Origin: Octopus vulgaris
Lineage: Eukaryota
DNA length: 64,000 nucleotides
NCBI GenBank assembly: GCA_951406725.2
Contig: OX597815.1
Location: 185,628,001-185,692,000 of the forward strand
Reading direction: 5' to 3'
Shown: in pieces, positions 1 through 11,820 of the stretch
Position numbering within the stretch: position 1 is the stretch's first letter
Layout: each line of letters begins with the position of its first letter
Made by a program: the position numbers and the translations under genes
The notes under the pieces: generated by a model
What the model saw: the letters and a program-made list of their open reading frames with translations, nothing else
What the model was told of the DNA's origin: nothing
Database searches by the model: none

Positions 1-240
1 GTTAGAGAGCAAATATATTCACACATAAACAAATACACAGAACAAATACATGCGCATCCACCGAGATTATTTTATTTTCTTTCTTTCTCCTTCTTTACTA
101 ATCCTTTCAACGGAAAGTGAAAGTAGGTCTCTTGTCCTAATTACACATTTGCACGCAGACACACACACTCACACACTCACACACAAACACACACACACAC
201 ACACATGAACACACACACACACATGAACATAAATTTGTTC

Positions 241-463
241 TCTTATTCTCTTACCTGTTTCAGTCAATTGACTGCGGTCATGCTGGAGCATCGCCTTTAG
301 TCACGCAAACGGACCTCGGGACTTATTCTTTGTAAGCCTAGTACTTATTCTATCAGTCCCTCTTGCTGAACTGCTAAGTTACGGGGATGTAAACTCAACA
401 AAATCAGCTGTCAAGCGATGGTGAGGTGACAAATACAGACGCACAAAAATAAACATATATACA

Positions 464-470
<7 letters not shown>
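241..470 (-). mobile_element. 3' half of CORE-type tRNA SINE (family A)
   Basis: Reverse complement of the family tail ...CCAGCATGGCCRCAGTCAAATGACTGAAACAAGTAAAAGAG seen in the full copies at 11417, 13803, 23136 and 56220. Confidence 0.8.
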
Positions 471-498
<28 letters not shown>

Positions 499-521
499 GT
501 ATGTGTGTATATATATATATA

Positions 522-757
522 TATTTCTTTACTACCCACAAGGGGCTAAACACAGAGGGGACAAACAAGGACAGACAAAAAGATTAAGTCGATTACATCG
601 ACTCCAGTGCATAACTGGTACTTAATTTATCGACCCCGAAAGGATGAAAGGCAAAGTCGACCTCGGCGGAATTTGAACCCACCCAGAACGTAACGGCAGA
701 CGAGATACGGCTCCGCATTTCGCCCGGCATGCTAACGTTTCTGCCAGTTCGCCGCCT
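522..757 (-). mobile_element. tRNA SINE with Meta/MESC-like central domain (family B), near full length
   Basis: On minus: GGCGGCGAACTGGCAGAAACGTTAGC head, B-box GGTTCAAATTCC, central GCCTTTCATCCTTTCGGGGTCGATAAATTAAGTACCAG, tail GTAGTAAAGAAATA. Confidence 0.8.
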
Positions 758-761
758 TTTA

Positions 762-813
<52 letters not shown>

Positions 814-898
814 GCCTTTTATATGTGTGTATATATATATAGCCGTGGTTGACCAAAGCCTTGAGTGAATTTGGTTAACAGAAACTGAAAGAAGCTTG

Positions 899-936
<38 letters not shown>

Positions 937-1374
937 TTGGTGCCTGGTGCAGCCTCCTGGCTTTCCAATCCTCAGTCAAACCATCCAACCCATGCCAGCA
1001 TGGAAAGTAGATGTTAAGTGAAGATGATATGTGTGTGGGTGGGTGGGTGTTTGCCCCCAACCAACACTTAACTGGTGTTGGTCTGTTTATATCCCCATGG
1101 CTTAACCAGCCTGTATTGTTATGCAACACTTCCTTTGCATTTGGTTCAAATTTCTGGTTTCATTTCATTGGCCTACACCTGTGACAGTAGACCCCCCCCC
1201 CGCCCGCTTTTCTGGGTGATGCTCCATTACAGACCCTTTTGCAGTCTTCACTATCTCATTCCATATTTCCATATCTTTTTGGAGTCCCCCCCCTCTGCTA
1301 AGCATTCAATCTACTTTAAGCAATCTGTACTTATACATATGAATATAAAAAATTATATCGACATAAATATAAAC

Positions 1375-1406
<32 letters not shown>

Positions 1407-2589
1407 ATACACGCATGTTATATTTTATTGTAAATATTCTTCTCAGATTTCTTTCTTGTTTTTTGATAAACTCACACATACACACTCAAACACTCTTTTG
1501 CTATTTTTCTCTATTTTGTAATCGTTTACTTGTTATTTATTTACATACTTTTAAAAGGTGAAATTCTTGCTCTACATTATTATTTATTATTTCACAACGA
1601 ATACTAAATCTCTCAGACAAAATAAAAATAAACAGGAAAAAAAGAAACTGCCTCCCCACTCAAAGAAAATGTATAAAAATCTATAAAGAAAACATGAATG
1701 GAAGCAAAAGATTTCTTTCAAATATACAGAATTATCCTGGAAAATATGAAGTAGAAATGGAATCAAAATAAAGACAAAAAAAGATAAGAGATAAGAACTT
1801 TAAAGAAAAAGATTATAAAAATGAAATAAACTCGAGGTGAGTTAAAGAACAAACAAAGATACTGAAAGTTTAGGAAAAGAAAAAGAATTTGAGGATAAGA
1901 AGAAGAAGAAAAAGGAAAGTTTGGAAATGGTAAGAAAAATTTTGAAGTAAACAGAAGTGAAAGCTGTAATAGTGTGTGTAGGTCAGAATAATAGGTGGCT
2001 GGGGAGACAGACAGACAGAAATAAAGTTGGGGAAGAATACTTGCCTATGCTACAGACTACCTGCTGTAGGTCAGAAAAGGTCATGTTTGTTATTTATTAG
2101 TATAGGTTTTATGGCATTTTGGTAACCTAGTGAATGAAATGCAAATACATACATACACACACACATAAATATATACGTACACACATACACATACATACAC
2201 ACATGAATATGCACACATACATATATACCTGTAAATTAGTGTAATTATGGAACACATTGCCTAAATACCAATCTTGAGAAATAAGGCTTCTCAAAACCAG
2301 AAAGGAGAAAGCTAATTCGAAGACTACAGATCCAATCCATCACTGGAACTGTAAAAATCTGTGACACTTTCCAGAAGTTTATCATTTACATATATATGAG
2401 CATGTCTAGATATGTAGCTATATGCATGAGAATACATACGTAAAACATACAAATCTGCACGCTTGACCGAGGAAAGAAAACTTCAAATGACACGTCCTTG
2501 TTTTCTTTGTATCGGCTATATGGATGTTTTGTTGTCCCATTTTTGTATCACCTAGTTGTCCGGATGTTTTGCATTCTCGTCCCATTTTG

Positions 2590-2646
<57 letters not shown>

Positions 2647-3379
2647 CATACATACATACAAACAAAAATACCCAGTTGTTGATGTTGAAATTCACATGAA
2701 GGAACCTTGGATCTAGGTTAGAAACCAGTTCTTTCTCTATTGGCAAGAAATCTTGAAATAAACTGAATGACATACATACATTACATACATGCATAGATAC
2801 ATATATACATATGTACGTACATTACATGCATACATGCAAGACTTTTCTGAAGTTTAAAACCTGACATTGTTTTCGTTATCTACATTCCAATAGTGGAGCT
2901 TTGTATCTTTGTTAGAAACCAGTACCTTCTTCAGAGGAAGAAACTAAATGATTAAATACAAAAGAGATACCTACATACATATGTATATGTAAGTGTAATT
3001 GCATACCTACATTTGTTAACTCGTCTTTATGTTTATTTTTCCATGCTAGCATGGGTTAGAACAGTTGTTCTCAACCAAGGTAACTTATCTTTTTGGCAAA
3101 AGAGACCGATAGAATAAGTACATGGCTTACAAAGAATAAGTCCTGGGGTTGATTTGCTCGACTAAAGGTGGTGCTCCAGCATGGCCACAGTCAAATGACT
3201 GAAACAAGTAAAAGAGTAAAAGAGTAAAGAGTATACTCTAGCATGGAAAAACTGATGTTAAATGAAGAAATGCATAAACACACACACACACACACATTTA
3301 TATATGACCAACATCATTATTTTAAAATCTGCTCTTCTATGCTGGTATGTGTCTGTCTATATAATTATATTACAATGCT

Positions 3380-3822
3380 ACACGATTCGAGCGTGATCAT
3401 TACCAGTGTCACCTTACTGGCACTCAAGCCCCATGCTAGTAGGGTATTAAGAGCACCGTCCAAGTGTGATTGTTGCCAGAGCGGCTATCAGGCCTCCATG
3501 CCGGTGGCACGTAAAAGACACCATTCAAACATGATCATTACCAGCATCACCTTACTGGCACCTGTGCTGGTGGCATGTGTAAAAAGATTCGAGTGAGTTC
3601 GTTGCCAGTACTGCCTGACTGGCGCCCATGCCGGTTGCACGTAAAAAGCACCCATTACACTCTCAGAGTAGTTGGCATAAACTCGGGCATCCAGCTGTAG
3701 AAACTCTGCCAGATCAAGATTGAAGCCTGGTGCAGCCATCTGGTTCGCCATCCCTCAGTCATTCCTCCAACCGATGCTAGCGGAGAAAGCGGACGTTAAA
3801 TGATGATGATGATGATGATGAT
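3380..3822 (+). mobile_element. 5'-truncated RTE-type 3' end / RTE-tailed repeat (family C)
   Basis: Internal tandem units, GGGCATCCAGCTGTAGAAAC, ends GGACGTTAAATGATGATG(GAT)n. Same sequence lies 3' of the RTE ORF remnant at 50995-51178. Confidence 0.75.
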
Positions 3823-5236
3823 GAATGCTAATATCATTCAGATGTAACAAAAATTCTGAATAGCAGCCTTCCTATTTTTACAGAAAATTACCGTTTTGAC
3901 ACAATATATAAACACAAGAAAGATTGGAGAGTTCACAGCTTTCCATTTCTTTCAATTCTTCATATTTTCTTGTCTGCTTTAGAGTCCTCACTCAATATCT
4001 TCCTTAACTTACCAATGTTTGAAATACAATCGATATCTTCACCAACTTACAACCTATTTCTTTTACTGTTCCACAAATACATTCCTATTATATTATTAAC
4101 TTCAATCACACCTCCCTCCCTCCCCCTCTCTCTCTATCTATCTCCAGTTCTCTCATACACGAATGACCTCTTGTCTCTAATAGCTAATCTCTCCTTCGGT
4201 TTACAGGCAAGCAATTTATAGCCAGATATTTACATGAATTGTTAGAGCAGGTGTTTTTACAGACTAACAACCAGCCTGAAGCTATTCATTCAACCATGAA
4301 ATGGCAGTGCTTACTTATTTTCCTTTCAGGTTGGTCAAAAGCAAGCAGAGTTACATGCTTTTCTTCAGGACCTAATGTAATTTTCTGCAATAAACGGGAC
4401 CGACTTAAGGGTTGGTGGTTCATTGAGTAAAATAAGTGATGATGCCTTAATGAGAAAAAAAAAGAGAGTTTTTATGCTCCTTGCCCATCTCTGTTCACAA
4501 GGACAGTCTTTATTTTGAAAGAGAGAATATTCTCAGGGAAGAGTCTTGAATTCCACTTTCGTTTGTTTTTCATAATTCAATAATTTTAAGGAGCAGTTCA
4601 ATAGCCAAAATGGTAGAGTTATCATCACCATCATTATAATCATTATCATCCTTTAATGTAAATTTTCCATGCGGGCATGGGTAAGATGGTTTGACAGGAG
4701 CTGGTGAGCAAGAAGATTGCATCAGGCTCCAATGTCTGCTTTGACTGGATGCCCTTTACAGGGTGTATTGGGTGCTTTTTATGTGGCATTGGCACTAGTG
4801 ATGTTACTAAGCAACTCACAAGACAAGACCCCCCCACACACACACACCTGAAGAAGTGATGGGTATTGAGGAAGGTAGCATCATGCCAGGTGATGAGAAA
4901 TTAAAGTATGATACAGGGAGAGAAAGGGGTGTCTAATTGTAGGGAAGATACATGGTTGCCCCTGTTAGAAAAGAAAGAGGATGGGTGATAAAGAATTGTG
5001 AGGGCATACCTTTAATTAACAGGAAGGTGATTATAAGTGAAGTGACAAGGGTGGATAAGTAACTACAAGGTAATAAACATTTTACAGTTCTTAATGAGTT
5101 CCAATTAACTGAGATCAACACTACCTTTCATCTCTGGATTAATGGAATAAATATCAGAGATATACATATAATAATTAAACGAACCACTCCGCTATAAATT
5201 TGTGGCCTTGTACCAATACCAGAAATCAAATAGTTT

Positions 5237-5462
5237 AATCCTTTAGAATCTAAACTGACCATATCCAGCACGAATATTCTGTTTTATGAGAAGCCAGACT
5301 AGATCTGGTGTCTTACATTTACCCTACAACATCATCTAAAAAATTTCTTAAATCACATCACAAGAATCTCAAAGCTATAAGATAATGGTTTGATTAATTC
5401 AAAACAATTTGAATAAACACTCATTAAATTTGACTGAATAAATCAGAATGCTGATAGGTTAA
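5237..5462. mobile_element. Degenerate piggyBac-type MITE (family CCCTTTAGC...GCTAAAGGG)
   Basis: TTAA-flanked TCCTTTAGAAT...GCTGATAGGT ends. Similar copies at about 19835-20047, 20047-20155/20650-20773 and 48325-48747. Confidence 0.5.
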
Positions 5463-6137
5463 TCATTTTGTTTCTGAATCTGGAAATTCCCCAGACACAC
5501 GACTCTTGTACAGGTGAAGTTTTTGATATTTGGCACAAACCAGCAGCAGTGTTTAAAAGAAAAAACTAAAAAGGAGAAAACAGAAAGAGTTTCAGAAGGG
5601 AATTATCAGCAATCTTCTTATCTTAAAAGAAAGTAAATAATGGAATAATAAAACAGAAAGTGAAAACAAGATAACCAAGGTTCAAACTTATGGTATCAAA
5701 ATTTTGGCATAAGGCCAGCAAATTCGAGGGAGGAGTAAGTCAATTATGTCGACCTCAGTGATCAACTGGTACTTTATTTTATCAACCCTGAAAGGGATAA
5801 AATGTAAAGTTGACCTTGGTAGAATTTGAACTCAGAACAATGACAGGTATAATGCCACCAAGCATCTTGTCCAGTGTGCTAATGATTCTGTCAGCTCACC
5901 ACCTTCACTTATGGTCATATTAATAATTTTAAGGTGATGAACTGGCAGAACCATTAGCATGCCACACAAAATCCTTGTTCTGAGTTCAAATTCCACTGAG
6001 GTCAACTTTGCCTTTCATCTTCTTTAAGGTCAACAAAATAAGAACTTGGCAGATACTGAGGTTGATGTAATCAACTAGGATCCTTCGCCTGAAAACTGCA
6101 AGTGCTGTACCAAAATTTGAAACTGTTATTTTGATTA

Positions 6138-6261
6138 TACAGTTCTATATTTAAGAGATGAGGAATTATTTACATTATTTACATTTGACAGATATTTGTC
6201 ATCTTGTTTGTTGTTAACACGTTTTGGGTGATATACCCTCCAGCCTTCATCAGGTGTCTTG
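6138..6261 (-). mobile_element. Inverted 3' terminal fragment of Penelope-like element (with decayed hammerhead)
   Basis: Reverse complement of the tail at 54640-54779 (GACACCTGATGAAGGCTGG...TAAATATAGAACTGTA), abutting a forward copy. This inverted arrangement is typical of Penelope insertions. Confidence 0.75.
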
Positions 6262-6262
6262 A

Positions 6263-6392
6263 GACAAAGTTAAAATAAGACAGAGAACACCAATGGAAAA
6301 TATGGGAACTAAAAGAAGTAGCATATGTGCTAGGACATAACAACCTCCTAAGCAGACTGAGTGCAGATATGAATAGCATATGGGAAGGATAG
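6263..6392 (+). pseudogene. C-terminus of Penelope GIY-YIG endonuclease (fragment)
   Basis: Translates, with one frameshift, DKVKI/DREHQWKIWELKEVAYVLGHNNLLSRLSADMNSIWEG*. Matches the PLE endonuclease tail pattern KI.DRE..W..R..KEA......N.L.R......IW. Confidence 0.7.
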
Positions 6393-6440
6393 GAAAATAT
6401 TAGATTTATAAGTACTAAAATTCACTCCATAATTGCCCAC

Positions 6441-6656
6441 GGGCGTATGGCTTAGTGGTTAAAAGTGCGGGCTACTATCCCCAAGATTCCATGTTCGATT
6501 CCAGGAATAATAATAATATTGCAAAATACATTAGGAATGAGAACCCAGGTTTGAAATTTCCCCAAGACACCTGATGAAGCCTGGAGGGTGTATCAGCCGA
6601 AACATGTTAACAACGAACAAGATGAGGACAAATATCCATCAAATGTAAACAATGTG
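6441..6656 (+). mobile_element. tRNA-like Pol III cassette plus hammerhead-bearing Penelope terminal region
   Basis: A-box TGGCTTAGTGG, B-box GTTCGATTCC (6493-6502), (AAT)n linker, then GACAC-CTGATGA...CAGCC-GAAAC at 6566-6603. Confidence 0.75.
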
Positions 6657-6689
<33 letters not shown>

Positions 6690-6782
6690 AGCAGGCTTCT
6701 TTCAGTTTCCATCTACTTCAGCCTCAGGTCAACCAAAGCCTTACGAGTGGATCTGGTAGATGGAAACTGAAAGAAGCTCATC

Positions 6783-6821
<39 letters not shown>

Positions 6822-7567
6822 TACATATACTTATATATATACACACACAGGAAGGTATATCAACAAACAAGATGAGGACAAATATCTGTCAAATTTAAAT
6901 AATGTGTTGTATTGATAATTCTGTAAACCATTGAACAATAAAAAGAATATAAAATAATGAGTCACGGGACATACTGCAATAGAGGATTGCCACTTGACGA
7001 GTTTCTTTATGAAGCCTATCTAGGGTTTGTATCTGAGGAGTTAATGAAGCATTCTCGATTATAGGGTGTTGCTACTGTTTTTAGTATAATTGTTGCGCCT
7101 GCCATTGAAATTATTACAAACAGGTTGGGGGTGTGGACACTGTCTGAGAGTGGAGATTCTTAACTTTGCCAGTGAAACAGGACTGGTAACAGGATATGAA
7201 ATGAAGAGAACTCAGCAGAATTATTCAAAATATTGAGTCACTTAGGTCGATGAGTCAATGTTTTGAGTCAACCTCTGTACACTATATATGAAACAGGATG
7301 GAAAATGCCAAGAAGCAACTAATAAACTCTCTGAATAATATTCAAACTACTAAACACACACACATACACACACACACATGTGTGTGTGTCTTCGTTTTTG
7401 CATACACACCCACAACCTCTGCTTCACAACTGGTGTTGGTGTGAAATAAATACCAAACTTGTAAAGAAAAGAATAAGCAATGAGATCGATCTATTCGTCT
7501 AAAATTCTTCAAAATGATGCCATGCATAGCCACAATCCATTGACTGAAACAAGACACACACACACAT

Positions 7568-7610
<43 letters not shown>

Positions 7611-7633
7611 TTTCAATATAGAAACAATAGCCA

Positions 7634-7691
<58 letters not shown>

Positions 7692-8552
7692 ATAAATCTG
7701 TATGTGTGTGTGTGCTTGTATATGCATGTGTATATGCTTGTGTCTGTGTGTATGTATTTCTCTCGCTTAGCACATTTTGTGGATGCCTATGCAAAATGCA
7801 AGGAGATAATAAGATGCCCAGGAAGCCTAATCTCTTCCTTGATCCCACCAGAATAAATAAGAAAAAAAAAACAGGAAAGCAACACAACTTACATAAATAA
7901 AATTAAAGGACTTAAACAAAGTAGTCAACTCAAGGAAATCACACGGACTTGAAGCAAGACACAAAATTCCAACAAATGACAGAAAAAAGAAAAAAAAAAC
8001 CAATATCTCTCCTTCTTCTCCCAGCCTTTCTCTCTCATTCTTTCTTACACTTTCTGCTTGTTCCCATTGTAACCTTTTAATCAGCTTAGATAACTATGGA
8101 TGGTAAATTCAGAAAGTGCTTTACCATCTGTTGCGATATATTAACATTTCCTTCTCCAAGAGGTCTAACAAATTGCATTTGCTTGGAGATCTCTAATCTT
8201 TTGGTAGGTTTAAAAGATTCTTAGATTCAGAACTGGTCATGATAATAACCTTCACAGACCTTTTACTAATGGCTACTGCATTGCATATATATATATATAT
8301 ATACATACAGACTATGTAGATGGAGGTTTAAATCCAAGCTACGTCCCCTTGAAGCACATCTGCTAATTCCAGTGGTGTGCTTGATTTTCTCTCTGAAGAA
8401 TTTCAAATAGGGGATATCTTATGTGTTTTCTTCCAAATGTACAACTTTGGAACTCTTATTAACAAATGAAACAGGCATAAAGGGGAATAAATAACACCCC
8501 AAAAAATTTTATCTAATCTCCTCTTTTAACATACATACACAAATATATGCAT

Positions 8553-8888
8553 ATCATCATCATCATAATCATCGTTTAACGTCTGTTCTCCATGCTAGCA
8601 TGGGTTGGACGGTTCGACCAGGGATCTGGGAAGCCAGAAGGCTGCACCAGGCTCCGGTCTTATCTGGCACTGTTTCTACAGCTGGATGCCCTTCCTAACG
8701 CCAACCACTCCGTGAGTGTAGTGGGTGCTTTTTACGTGCCACCTGCACTGGTGCCAGGTGAGGCTGGCATCGGCCACGGTCGGATTGGTGCATTTTACGT
8801 GCCACCTGCACGGGAGCCAGTCGAGGCGGCACTGGCTTTGGCCACGATTCGGATGGTGCTTTTTACATGCCACTGACACGGAAGCCAG

Positions 8889-8890
<2 letters not shown>
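8553..8890 (-). mobile_element. RTE-type 3' end (family C)
   Basis: (CAT)n-CGTTTAACGTC...GGATGCCCTTCCTAACGCCAACC plus internal tandem units. Further minus copies at 12931-13345, 24695-24968, 42848-43082, 44821-45070, 46405-46640 and 61887-62090; plus copies at 932-1025 and 48425-48693. Confidence 0.75.
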
Positions 8891-8931
<41 letters not shown>

Positions 8932-8932
<1 letters not shown>

Positions 8933-9128
8933 TGTGTGGTTAGGGAGCTTGCTTCCCAACTAAATGGTTTCGGGTTCAGTCCCACTGCGTGGCACTTTGG
9001 GTAGGTGTCTTCCGCTATAGCCCCGAGTCAACCGAAGCTTTGTGATTGAATTCGGCAGGTAGAAGTTACTGCCGTGTGTGTATGTGTGCGTATAGCTGCT
9101 CAGTGCCTCTCCGAAAGAGAGAGAGGGT
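8932..9128 (+). mobile_element. Divergent CORE-type SINE subfamily (A2)
   Basis: Head as in family A but distinct body (GAATTCGGCAGGTAGAAGTTACTGCC...GCTCAGTGCCTCTCCGAAA). Reverse-complement copy at 53492-53702. Confidence 0.7.
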
Positions 9129-9189
<61 letters not shown>

Positions 9190-9983
9190 TCTGTTGTGTC
9201 TGGGCAGAGTCATTTTCTTTTTGTGCCTTATAATGTAACACACTCACCAGTAAAATTTCCACATATTTCTTATTTTTATTTTCCTGAAATTTTCGTTGCG
9301 TCTTGCAACCTTTTCATGAGTCAACTTTTAAAAAACTAAATTTTAAAAATTTTATCTCTGATGAAGGAAATGCAGTCACCAAAGGTGAAAGAATAAGTTT
9401 TTGCTTTGTGTATTCTCTGAAACGGCCATGAGATACCTCACTTCATTATATTTTTATTTCATTCATGAACTGCTTTATTTAATTCAAGGACAATTTTAAA
9501 TCACCTTACTCTATTTAATTTTACTTCATTCAAGGACTGTTGTAAATCTTTTAAACACCTCACCTGCTTGTGTGTATATATTTGATTGCATTCCTAATTT
9601 GAATATGTACTGGCCAGACTAGAAGGATGATAAACTAATCTGTCTAGTCTTCCTCCTTGAACTTTGATATACATATATGAAATTATAATTTAGGGTATTT
9701 AAGAGATACCACCATGCTTGAAATAGCAGCTAAAACTTGACTCTAAAACCACACTAAAAGTTCATGCACCACCAGGAGAGAAGTGGTGGTATCTCTTAGA
9801 TACCCAAAATTATAATTTCAATAATAATTATTACCTTTGAAGGTTTTTTTATTCCCATGCTGGCTACTTGATAAGTTCAATATTTAAATAATGATCTTAT
9901 CATTATATAAATTTATATATATATATATATATATATAGACAGATAGACAGAGGAACTGATGGACAGAGAGATCGATATTATAT

Positions 9984-10183
9984 GACCCTTTTAGTACCAA
10001 CTAGCCCCGGACCACCATGGCTCTAAGATATAAACTTCCTGTTTCAAAGTAAACCATATTAAAACCTTCCATCAGAATTCCTTGTTAATTTCTGTTCCAA
10101 ACACCAATTTAATAATGACAAAGTAATTCAAAATTAATGGAAACAAGGCGGTGTACTTCAAGAGAACTTTGGTAACAAAAGGG
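9984..10183. mobile_element. piggyBac-type MITE, degenerate copy of the 52393 family
   Basis: CCCTTTTAGTACC...GGTAACAAAAGGG ends; internal similarity to 52393-52613. Confidence 0.6.
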
Positions 10184-10529
10184 TTAGCAAGAACAGAATT
10201 ACAAATGAGCTTGTGGTTACTGACAGGAAAATTTAATGGTCAAAAACACATCTGACCACATTGTAGCAAATTAGCAAGCGACTGCTGACATAGAAGTTTA
10301 ATAATGAAAAACTTCGGCAGTAAAACCCACAAAAATTCTACCATTATAAAAGAAGCAATAGAGATGCCAAATTTATTTCGGTTCCTGATAATGGGAGGAA
10401 ATTGATTGTTCCAAACTAACTGCAAAAGCTGATATGAAAATATGAAAAATCTGTAACAGGAAAGATAAAACTGGAACATAGTCATGTGTTTAATGAAGCG
10501 TATATATACAAACACACACACACACACAT

Positions 10530-10564
<35 letters not shown>

Positions 10565-10989
10565 GTTGGAATTTACAAAACAACAAAGAAAACAAAAGAC
10601 GAAGACGGACGTGTAAACAACAAACATGCATCAGTTTAACGCTCGATATATACGCAATATATATACACACACACACACACATATATGTATATGTAAAACA
10701 CATACACACATATTTATATATGTGCACACAGACACACGCGTATATACATATACATGCATATATTAAAATCAACAGAAATTTCTGCAAAGCACCTCTCCAT
10801 AACAACCCATCCTAAAAAACCTAATTACCATTTCACTCAAACCCAGAGAGACTATATAAAGCTGAGATTTACTTCCAATGCCTCATGTCTAATGATGGCT
10901 TAACTGGCCAAAAAACCAAAGTCACCGTCAATAGTTCTTCAACAATACACACACACACACACATACACACACACATATATTATACATAT

Positions 10990-11820
10990 TAGGTGCAGGC
11001 GTGGCTGTATGGTAAGAAGTTTGCTTCCCAGCCACATGGTTCCGGGTTCAGTCCCACTGCATGGCACCTTGGGCAAGTGTCTTCTGCTATAGCCTCGGTC
11101 TGAACAAAGCCTTTTGAGTGGATTTGGTAAATGGAAACTGAAAGAAGCCCATTGTATATATGTATATATATGCGTGTGTCTGTCTGTGTGTCATTCTGTG
11201 TTTGTCCCTCCGCCATCATTTGATAACCAATGTTGGTGTTTACTTCCCTGAAACCTAGCAGTCCAGCAAAAGTGACTGATAGAATAAGTACAAGGCTTAC
11301 AAAGAATAAGTCTAGGGGTTGAATTGTTTGACAAAAGCTGGTGCTTCAGCATGGCCACAGTCAAATGACTGAACCAAGTAAAAGAATAAAAGAATATGTT
11401 TATACACATATATATATGCGCAGGAGTGGTTGTGTAGTATGTAGCTTGCTTATGCACCACATGGTTCCAGGTTCAGTCCCACTGTGTGGAAACTTGGGCA
11501 AGTATCTTCTACTATAGCCTCGAGCCAACCAAAGACTTGTGAGTGGATTTGGTAGATGGAAACTGAAAGAAGCCCATCGTGTGTGTATATATATATATAT
11601 ATGCATGTATATGTTTATGTCTGTGTTTGTCCCCCCAACATCTCTTGACAACCGATGCTGGTGTGTTTATGTCCCCGTAATTTAGCGGTTCGGCAAAAGG
11701 GACCAATAAAATAAGTACTAGGCTTACAAAGAATAAGTCCTGGGGTCAATTTGCTCAACTAAACGCGGTGCTCCGGCTTGGCCACAGTCAAATGACTGAA
11801 ACAAGTAAAAGAGTAAAGAG
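10990..11820 (+). mobile_element. Two tandem full-length CORE-type tRNA SINEs (family A; 10990-11395, 11417-11820)
   Basis: Head GGYGCAGGMGTGGCTGTGTGGTAAG, B-box GGTTCAGTCCC, CORE-like ACCTTGGGCAAGTG, internal (TA/TG)n, tail GAAACAAGTAAAAGAG. Confidence 0.85.

Noticed and set aside
2460-2770. Further hammerhead-like motifs (CGAGGAAAG..CTTCAAAT; ATGAAGG-AACCT..AGGTT-AGAAAC)
   Set aside because: Cores and stem I are too degenerate to call from single copies.
8123-8200. Minus-strand EISKQMQFVRPLGEGN resembling tyrosine-kinase subdomain I
   Set aside because: Lacks the following FGxV, has a stop or frameshift just upstream, and no further kinase exons were found.
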